In this document: positions 1-6,796 of the stretch, one piece after another
How positions within the stretch are numbered: the stretch's first letter is position 1
How the letters are laid out: every line of letters starts with the position of its first letter
DNA from: Azolla caroliniana
Lineage: Eukaryota; Plantae; Polypodiophyta
DNA: 9,099 nt
Reading direction: 5' to 3'
Assembly (NCBI GenBank): GCA_043228905.1
Contig: JBHGNT010001388.1
Span: 1-9,099 of the forward strand
Made by a program: the position numbers and the translations under genes
Notes under the pieces: generated by a model
The model's database searches: none
Seen by the model: only the letters and a program-made list of their open reading frames with translations
What the model was told of the DNA's origin: nothing

Positions 1-2388
1 GCTTGTTGTCACTTTGTTGTGCGTCGGAATCCTGACCTTAGTTTTTCCTTTCCTAAATGTTAGCACATTTTGTTTCCAATTTTGTTTGATATTAGCTGTC
101 TTTAACCATGGTCTCCCCAATAACAAGGGGTATGCTCCCTGTGTTTCTAACTGCAAAATTACTGCCGAAATCTGAAAACTGTGTCCCCCGATTATTACAT
201 CCAGTTGTCGAAGCAAACCAATCGGTCGTACCGTACTTGTATCTGCCATTCGTAACCAAAACGGACATGCTTCCCATTCCGTGATTCCTAGTTTTTCACA
301 TGTAGCTTTGTTAATCACATTAACTCCCGAGCCTCCATCTATAATCACATTTCCGATTTCTTGCCCGTAAAGTATTACCTTAATCGACGGATTCTGTTCA
401 TCCATGATCGAAGGGTTATTACTTGGCTGATTGTAGTGTACTGCTATTTGTTCGGAACCTTTATATGCAATTAATTCTGCCACTTTTTCTGTAAACCTTG
501 GTACTAACTTAAGTAAGCCCGTAAGTGGCAATGACACTTGGCAATCAGCCAACAGTTTCCAAGTTTCTTCCTGTTCCTTATTCCCCAATGACTGTTGTAC
601 AACGATGTTCTGGTCAATGTTATTGTCTTGTAACATTCGATTCACATTACTTTGATTTGCTTCGTCAACCCATTCTTTTGCCGCCTTCCAAACTTCTTCC
701 TGAATTTCCCACTCTGATTGTTTGCTTTTGCTGCGTGTCGTTACTTGCTGAACTTCCGGTATTACCATATTAACTGCTGGACCCTTTCCTTTAACCGGAC
801 ATTGATTAGCATAATGGCCTAGTTGTCGACAAATATAACAAGTGGGTACAAATGTTCCACCGGTCTCTCCATGTGCAAATTGGCCGTTATTAAATTGCTG
901 CTCTTCATTACCACTCGGGTTTTGTTGGTATTGACGTGTAGCTTTTGGTTTGTAAAATCTCTTATTTTTATACCGACTCTGCCTAAATTGTTCGGTATTA
1001 TCATTTGGTTGTGCTACATTTTGTGTTATCCCAAACTCCTGATTTGGCGGAAAATTATTCTGTTGAAACATTTGATTATTTTGTGGAATGGTTTGAGTAT
1101 TATGTTGAAAGGTCATATTACCCGGTTGAAATGCCAGATTTGGTTGAAATGTAGAATTCGGTTGCACATTCGGACAGTTTTGTTGAAATCCTTGAAATGG
1201 TGGGTTACCTTGTTGGAAACTTTGATTATTTTGTTGAAAATATTGATTCGGATTCTGTACGAATGGTGGGTTGGATTGAGCAAAACCTGGTTGAAATGCT
1301 TGAGTCACTTGAGTGGGTTGCATATTTTGTTGTGAAAAGATCTGATTTGGCTGTAAAACCGGATTTTGTTGTACATTTTGCTGATTTTGTGAAAAATTAT
1401 TATTTTGATAACCATTGAACAGATTAGTGTTATTTTGGTAACCATTGTCAGTAAAAATTTGTCGTACTGACGCCGTAGCTTTATTAAGCAGATTATATTC
1501 ACATTGTTCTACTGAATGTAATTTTGAATGACATATTGTACAATGTGTTCTTAATGTACATTCAATTGCCGAATGCCCCGTATTTAAACAAGTGGTGCAT
1601 TGAACTGCTTGTCGAAATTGTAACTCCTCTATTGTTGGTAATGTACGGTGTAATGCCGACATGTCCATACTCAGAACATTGACCGGTGGTCGACCCATTT
1701 CTATTGCTTTATCAATTACTTGTTCGATAGTCTGATTCCGAAAATCGAACACTTTCAAGGTCGTCCTTAATGGTTCTTTTACAGCTTCTAGAAAGACTTC
1801 TTTTAATTCATTATCCGGAATCGGCCTTGAAATCTGAAGCTGTAAGTTCTGAAATCGTATCACAAACTGAGATACTGTTTCATTTTTTTCTTGATATAAC
1901 GCATAAAATTGCGCAATCAAATCCTTCTGCGGAATTTGTTGATGAAATAATTGTAAAAATTTACTAGTTAACACTTCAAAGGATGGAAATCCTTGAAGAC
2001 CGTTCTGCGCAAACCAATTGGCGGAATATCCGTCTAATGATAAGACGAACTCAGCGATTTTTGACTTATCTTCGGCATCTGCCGACAATCGCTGAGCTCC
2101 ATGGTTAATTTCCCATGTCGTTAAAAAATCCCTAACATGTGCTTCCGCATCTGTTCCTTCCCGGAATTTAGAATAAGTATAAGGCATATCGTCCCAAATG
2201 TCGTAAAACGATACCTCTTCCGTTTGATTTTCGTCTGAAGGTAATTGATCGGCTAAGTCAGGAAGTTTCGACCACTTTGTGCTTGATTCCGACTGTTCTT
2301 GCGCAATGAACACTTCCTGCACTGCCTTCGTAACTGACCTTGTACGAGGGCGCTTACAACTGACCGGTGTCTCCTCTTCATACGACAT
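1..2388 (-). CDS. Gag-protease polyprotein (3'-partial, at least 796 aa, no stop within the window)
   Basis: Manual translation from ATG 2388 (upstream in-frame TAG at 2458-2460): MSYEEETPVSCKRPRT... The capsid-like region reads DAEAHVRDFL...LSLDGYSANWF...LYQEKNETVSQFVIRFQNL. CCHC knuckles are CTTCLNTGHSAIEC (1558-1599), CTICHSKLHSVEQC (1501-1542) and CYICRQLGHYANQC (799-840). Protease DGGS is at 328-339 and LLGRPW at ~106-123. Not in the ORF track, presumably because there is no stop before the edge. Confidence 0.93.
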   Translation of the reverse strand, partial: MSYEEETPVSCKRPRTRSVTKAVQEVFIAQEQSESSTKWSKLPDLADQLPSDENQTEEVSFYDIWDDMPYTYSKFREGTDAEAHVRDFLTTWEINHGAQRLSADAEDKSKIAEFVLSLDGYSANWFAQNGLQGFPSFEVLTSKFLQLFHQQIPQKDLIAQFYALYQEKNETVSQFVIRFQNLQLQISRPIPDNELKEVFLEAVKEPLRTTLKVFDFRNQTIEQVIDKAIEMGRPPVNVLSMDMSALHRTLPTIEELQFRQAVQCTTCLNTGHSAIECTLRTHCTICHSKLHSVEQCEYNLLNKATASVRQIFTDNGYQNNTNLFNGYQNNNFSQNQQNVQQNPVLQPNQIFSQQNMQPTQVTQAFQPGFAQSNPPFVQNPNQYFQQNNQSFQQGNPPFQGFQQNCPNVQPNSTFQPNLAFQPGNMTFQHNTQTIPQNNQMFQQNNFPPNQEFGITQNVAQPNDNTEQFRQSRYKNKRFYKPKATRQYQQNPSGNEEQQFNNGQFAHGETGGTFVPTCYICRQLGHYANQCPVKGKGPAVNMVIPEVQQVTTRSKSKQSEWEIQEEVWKAAKEWVDEANQSNVNRMLQDNNIDQNIVVQQSLGNKEQEETWKLLADCQVSLPLTGLLKLVPRFTEKVAELIAYKGSEQIAVHYNQPSNNPSIMDEQNPSIKVILYGQEIGNVIIDGGSGVNVINKATCEKLGITEWEACPFWLRMADTSTVRPIGLLRQLDVIIGGHSFQISAVILQLETQGAYPLLLGRPWLKTANIKQNWKQNVLTFRKGKTKVRIPTHNKVTTS

Positions 2389-2423
2389 CCATTCGATTTG
2401 TTCTCTGCTTAATTGCAGATGTA

Positions 2424-2436
2424 ACCGGGCGTGCCA
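2424..2436 (-). other. Primer-binding site of the gypsy element (TGGCACGCCCGGT, tRNA-Arg type)
   Basis: The minus strand begins TGG (complement of tRNA CCA). It resembles the TGGCACGCCCRGTGGGAC PBS I recall for plant tRNA-Arg(UCU) over the first 13 nt, and lies between the LTR end and the gag ATG. Confidence 0.72.
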
Positions 2437-2707
2437 AATTTCTTTTGTGTTAATCGGCTAATTACTAACTACTACCGATACAGAAGAGTGAACGTCGCTA
2501 CTCAACGTTCTAACAAGGAATTGTGTTTTACGAACAGAATTATACTATATTAATCGGTAATTACCGTGATCGTTACTTAGTTATAAATTAGGAAGCTTGC
2601 ACTTAACAACATAGACAATAGAAAGAACACAGAATCCGTACATGATATTCCTAACTTAAACTTATATTACTAAATAAACGACCTTTCTTACAATGCCTTC
2701 GGTTCCC

Positions 2708-2714
2708 TTTTATA
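2708..2714 (-). promoter_or_regulatory. TATA box in the gypsy LTR
   Basis: Minus strand CCTATAAAAGGG, oriented toward gag. Confidence 0.65.
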
Positions 2715-3080
2715 GGTATACCGAAGGTCTTTTCTCATCAAGAACTATTCCTACTTACTATCAAGAATTACAAAATTATCTAACTAACTTAGTTCTCTTC
2801 GTTCACTGCTGAGTCATTGATCCGAACAGTCGATCCGAACAGACTCCGTTTTCGACGCTTTCCCACTTGTTCGGTAAAACTGACTGTCCGGTCCGGGTAA
2901 CACCTCATTTGATCATCTTGTTGACTACGTCAAGACTCTGTCTTGTGGTGGGTCAATTCTTGTAGCAAGCGCGCCAGCACCAGGTACGACTCGACGCCAC
3001 GACGGCGGTATGGGACACCGATCGAGGCTTGAGTTCGTCTCGATCCCTTCGATTGGGGGTGGTCGGGTGGATCGACACCC

Positions 3081-3115
3081 TTCTTTCTCTCTCTCCTTTC
3101 TATCTATCTATCTAT
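3081..3115. repeat. Short CT-rich tract plus (CTAT)4 near the start of the gypsy LTR
   Basis: ttctttctctctctccttt followed by (ctat)4 at 3100-3115. Confidence 0.75.
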
Positions 3116-3365
3116 ATTCTATCCTTATCTAGTGCTTACATTAGTTCATGTCTCTAATAGATAGAGTAAAATAGAGATCAAGAAGATAGGATGTAAAATG
3201 ATAATTGAGGGAATGTAAGAAATTTATAATTATTTCATGAAAGAGTTACAAAATGGTTGCATGCGTTGTTGAACCGTCGAACTTTGTCTCACAAGGTAGT
3301 TGCTCTTCTCTTTCTTGATAGTAGACCAAAATATTCCCTTATATCTTTTGATGAGGATAAGACTA

Positions 3366-3653
3366 TGTTGAGAATCGAACTCAACTTCCATAGGAATAGT
3401 GTTCACACTAATTGGTGGACAACATACTAAGACATTTTTTGTAATTAGTAGAAAGGGCATTTGCCCTAGACTAGTTGGTATTTAAACCAACCTTTTGTAA
3501 CTTAGTTATTGTTGGATGTAATATACAGTTTCCTGTCTAGAGCTCTCTCTCTCTCTCTCTCTCATTCTCTCTCTTGTCTCACGTGCACATACACACACAC
3601 ACACACACACACAGAGTCCTTTCGTTGCACAAAATTACTCTTGATTCTTTATG
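3366..3653 (+). repeat. Putative 5' LTR of the degenerate copia element (~288 bp)
   Basis: Begins TGTTGAGAAT, a typical copia LTR start. It has TATA-like TATTTAAA at 3479-3486 and microsatellites downstream, and ends TTCTTTATG (not the canonical CA) directly before the PBS. The left boundary is uncertain. Confidence 0.55.
3543..3612. repeat. Compound microsatellite (CT)10 ... (AC)11
   Basis: (CT)10 at 3543-3562 and (AC)11 at 3591-3612, read directly. Confidence 0.95.
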
Positions 3654-3665
3654 TGGTAGCAGAGT
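3654..3665 (+). other. Decayed tRNA-iMet primer-binding site
   Basis: TGGTAGCAGAGT versus canonical TGGTATCAGAGC (10/12), about 80 nt upstream of the gag ATG. Confidence 0.75.
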
Positions 3666-3744
3666 ATGTGGTAGCTTGATCCAAGCCCATCACCTGTACG
3701 TGTGTTGTGGTCAAGCTCGCATCAAGGGTAGAAGAAGTTCCAGA

Positions 3745-5997
3745 ATGAACACCCAGATGGGAAGCACTCTTCCCACCGAGAAGCTCGATAGAAACAAACT
3801 TCACATCTTGGGAGTACAAGATGCATCAGTACCTTGTCGGACAAGGTTACTGGAGCTACATCGAAGGAGCTCACGAAATGCAACTCAACCAGACACACGC
3901 CGACTACCTGGCATGGGAGCAGGCCACGAGCCATGTGGTGTACTGCCTTGCGTCATGCGTTCATGACCACATGGTCGGTTATATTCGAGATTTGAAAACG
4001 CCAAAAGAAGTTTGGGGAAATCTCAAGAAGATTTTTGCGGCCAATATGGTTGCACGAAAGCTCAAACTTCAACAGGAGCCAAAAAGATGTGCAATAGAGG
4101 GACATGTCGATCACCGACTATACCTTGAAGATCAAGGAGTTGTGGATGCCCTCGGTTCGATTAATGCCGTCATTGATGATGAAGAAATGGTGCAAATATG
4201 CCTCGGCGGCTTGGCACCTCGATTTAGCACGATCAGATCGGCCATTCTTGCTGTGGAAAACACGACCACTATGAAGAGGAGTGCCGAAAAAAGATACGAG
4301 ACTCGACTTCGACTAGCCAACAACTCACAAACTACGCTTCGAATTCCGACTACGACAATCTTGGCGGGATGTTCGTAATGAGGCATGAAGCACATTCGAT
4401 GTCGGCACCGACCCCAATTAGCACCTCTTCTTCAGATAGCATATGGTTTGTCGACTCAGGAGCATCCAATCACACGACATCCCATGAAGATTGGTTTCGA
4501 GATTTACGAAAGTTTGATCGATCCGGCTATGTCGAAACCTGAGATGATACGACTCACCCAATTCGACATGTCAGAAATGTTCCATTCGGAAATGACGGCA
4601 AACAAACCTACCTCAAGAACGTCTTGCATGTCCCTACCATCACGAAAAATCCGGTCTCGGTCGGCTAGATTATCCAACAAGGTATGCGAGTACGATTCAA
4701 TAATGAAGGGTGCTTCATCGAAAAGGATGATCAAATCATAGCGCATGGTCGCTGAGAAGGCTAAATGTCCATCCTCGAATCAGAAGAGGTGAAATCGGTA
4801 TGTTCACGAAAGGCCTTAAAGTTGAAACTAACTTGAAACTGTGGCACAAGCGAATTGGCCACATTAATCTCCAGAAGCTCCAGAACATGCAATTGAAAGG
4901 AGTCGTAATCGGACTCCTGAACTTTACCGAGAAGGAGATTACAAGCGTATGCAAGGTGTGCCAAATTGGAAAACAATGCTGACATCCATTCTCGAAAGAG
5001 AGGAATGTGAGTAAAGGGATCCTAGATGTAGTACATTCAGATGTGTGGGAACCAGCCCAGACCGCAACATTCGGAGGTTGCCGCTACTATGTCACGTTCA
5101 TCGATGACTTCTCTAGGCACACTTGGATCTACCCAATGAGACAGAAGAGCGAAGTGTTCGGACACTTCCAAAGGTTTAAGAATGAACTCCAGAAAGCCAC
5201 TGGCCTACATGTACGCTGCCTTCGATCGGATGGAGGCAAAGAAAATTTCTTGGACGAGTTTTCGGCATATCTCCGAAGGGAAGGAATACGACGAGAATTC
5301 TTGTGTCGAAATACACCTCAGCAAAATGGTGTAGCTGAACGGAAGAATTGGCACATAGTAGAGGTTGCACGGGCAATGATGAATGAGAAGAACCTACCGA
5401 AATCGTACTGGGCAGAAGCGGCAAACATAGCTATATATCTCATGAACAGATGTACAACCTTTGGGGTACACGACGCAACCCCTCATGAGAGGTTTTTTGG
5501 AAAGAAGCCGGATTTATCACATGTCCATATTTTTGGCTCAATCGCCTATGTGCATATTCCCGACGAGACGCGACAAAATCTAGACCCCAAGTTGGAGAAA
5601 TGTATCCTCATAGGGTACTCACTCGAATAGAAGGGGTACAAATGCTACAACCCCTCTACCCGAAAAGCTCGAGTGAGTCGAGACATCATTTTCGACGAAT
5701 TGGCATCTTGGTATGATCCTGAGATGACTCTGATTTCTACTCCAGTCGACTCAGAATTTGACAAACAAGAGACAAGAAGAAGATCGACTCGGACACACGT
5801 ACGAAGACAACCCGCATACGACAAGGTTGAGTGGACCACAAGAGTTGTTGCGCGATCGAAGCACATCTCGCCCGAGTCCGAACCTGAACAAAGGCAAGGC
5901 GAAAATGCCAGAATATGAAAACCTGATGGACAATGAGTTGTTGAGAGACAAGCTCAACATTCGGTGCAAAGTACGTAGCGTAACCCAGTGCGTAGAC
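3745..5997 (+). pseudogene. Copia gag-protease-integrase pseudogene
   Basis: Reconstructs as MNTQMGSTLPTEKLDRN/NFTSWEYKMHQYLVGQGYW...MSITDYTLKIKEL/DALGSI...CGKHDHYEEEC...WFVDSGASNH...integrase...KCILIGYSLE*KGYKCYNP...VSRDIIFDE. Frameshifts lie near 3796, 4080, 4143 and 4800. In-frame stops start at 4095, 4540, 4666, 4753, 4762, 4980 and 5628. Confidence 0.92.
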
Positions 5998-6273
5998 TGT
6001 GACGGGAACTAAACGCCCCCTACGCGCAACGCTCGGCCACAACCGATCTTAGAATCATACACAAAAAAACATGAATGAATGCACAACACAGTGAAGAGAA
6101 GAGTACACAGGATGTTTACGTGGAAAACCCAAACTAGGGAAAAAACCACGGCAGCCCACAGGTTGCAAACTATCACTATGTTACAGTGTACAACAGTAAA
6201 GCACCGAGGCAACAACCTCGAGCTTTCTATCTTCGCCACAGGCGGCAGTTACAACAGAGGCAACGACCTCTTC

Positions 6274-6293
6274 CTCTCTCTCTCTCTCTCTCT
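6274..6293. repeat. (CT)10 microsatellite, read as (AG)10 on the element strand, downstream of the TATA box
   Basis: Read directly. Confidence 0.9.
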
Positions 6294-6368
6294 ATACACA
6301 ATTACGCACTCTGATCTCTTGTGCCAACAAGAATGACAACCCTCTACATAAAAGTTTGCCCTAAGTCA

Positions 6369-6376
6369 TATTTATA
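6369..6376 (-). promoter_or_regulatory. TATA box in the nested copia LTR
   Basis: Minus strand GTATAAATATG, downstream of the U3 tandem repeats. Confidence 0.7.
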
Positions 6377-6467
6377 CTAATATGACTTTTCGGCTATTTA
6401 CAAATATAGCCACGATGGACTCTCAGAAACATATTTACGAATATGTCTCTTCATTCGGTGAGCACTC

Positions 6468-6741
6468 CTCACCGGGTCTTCACCATCCGGCTCTCTGTAG
6501 CCAGGTACTCCTCATCCGGTTCTCACCGGGTCTGCACCATCCGGCTCTCCGTAGCCGGGTAAACCTCATCAGGTTCTCATCGGGTCTGCACCATCCGGCT
6601 CTCCGTAGCCGGGTAATCCTCATCCGGTTCTCATCGGGTCTACACCATCCGGCTCTTCGTAGCCGGGTAATCCTCATTCAGTTCTCACCGGGTTTGCACC
6701 ATCCGGCTCTCCATAGCCGGGTACTCCTCATCCGGTTCTCA
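6468..6741. repeat. Tandem repeat of 5 x 54 bp in LTR U3
   Basis: CACCATCCGG recurs at 6481, 6535, 6589, 6643 and 6697 (period 54). The consensus is approximately CTCACCGGGTCTGCACCATCCGGCTCTCCGTAGCCGGGTAATCCTCATCCGGTT. Confidence 0.97.
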
Positions 6742-6786
6742 GGTCCCTCCGGATGGGAAGGGAGAAGAGCAGTGCTGATGAGCAAA

Positions 6787-6796
6787 CTCCCCCTTC
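6787..6796 (-). other. Polypurine tract (GAAGGGGGAG)
   Basis: Minus strand ...GAG TGA AGGGGGAG TT TG... The PPT overlaps the pol stop codon and precedes the LTR TG. Confidence 0.92.

Larger units (their letters stand above)
1..3140 (-). mobile_element. Ty3/gypsy LTR retrotransposon, 5' portion (LTR-PBS-gag-protease), continuing off the left edge; probably non-chromoviral (Athila/Tat-related)
   Basis: Minus-strand order is TG-starting LTR, TATA box, tRNA-Arg-like PBS, then gag with zinc knuckles and an aspartic protease with VIIDGGSGVNVI...LLLGRPWL motifs. Lineage is inferred from the protease style and PBS only, since RT is outside the window. Confidence 0.88.
2446..3140 (-). repeat. 5' LTR of the gypsy element (~695 bp; inner end at 2446 or 2448)
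   Basis: The minus strand starts TGTAAGCAC at 3140 and ends ...GATTAACA(CA) just before the PBS. It is non-coding and contains a TATA box. The second LTR is not available to confirm the boundaries. Confidence 0.68.
3366..5997 (+). mobile_element. Degenerate Ty1/copia LTR retrotransposon (5' LTR-PBS-gag-PR-INT), interrupted before RT by a nested copia insertion
   Basis: Copia domain order is gag, then protease (WFVDSGASNH at 4444), then GAG-pre-integrase (LWHKRIGH...CKVCQIGK), then integrase (VHSDVW, FIDDFSR, LRSDGG, TPQQNGVAERKN). It is preceded by an iMet-like PBS. Confidence 0.92.
5998..6784 (-). repeat. 3' LTR of the nested copia element (~787 bp)
   Basis: Starts TGCTCATC at 6784, 2 nt after the PPT. 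It ends ...GTTCCCGTCACA at 5998 (alternatively 6000), where the host element's linker-like peptide (QST*RNPVRR) stops. Confidence 0.75.

Noticed and set aside
92-277. 61-aa minus-strand ORF in the track
   Set aside because: It is in the wrong frame; the protease is encoded in the overlapping long frame 1-2388.
328-339. Protease catalytic motif DGG instead of D(S/T)G as a sign of inactivation
   Set aside because: DGGS/DNGS/DLGA variants are common in plant non-chromoviral gypsy proteases.
823-1335. 170-aa hydrophobic plus-strand ORF resembling a membrane or env-like protein
   Set aside because: It is the antisense shadow of the CAA/AAT-rich Gag segment (giving TTG/ATT = Leu/Ile) and has no independent support.
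1-2388. Domesticated Gag-derived host gene (PEG10/Arc-like)
   Set aside because: It is directly preceded by a PBS and an LTR-like promoter within a TE cluster, so an ordinary retrotransposon is the simpler explanation. Revisit only if pol and the 3' LTR are absent and the locus is syntenic across species.
3574-3744. His/Thr-repeat N-terminus (HIHTHTHTH) of ORF 3574..3966
   Set aside because: It is a translation of the (AC)n microsatellite in the LTR; real gag begins at about ATG 3745.
5939-5943. TGTTG as the terminus of the nested LTR
   Set aside because: Host-element linker-like coding (QST*RNPVRR) continues to ~5997, favouring 5998; not fully excluded without the second LTR.
6468-6741. 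CRISPR-like array of palindromic repeats
   Set aside because: Units are contiguous near-identical 54-mers with no unique spacers, no cas genes are present, and the array lies inside a eukaryotic LTR.
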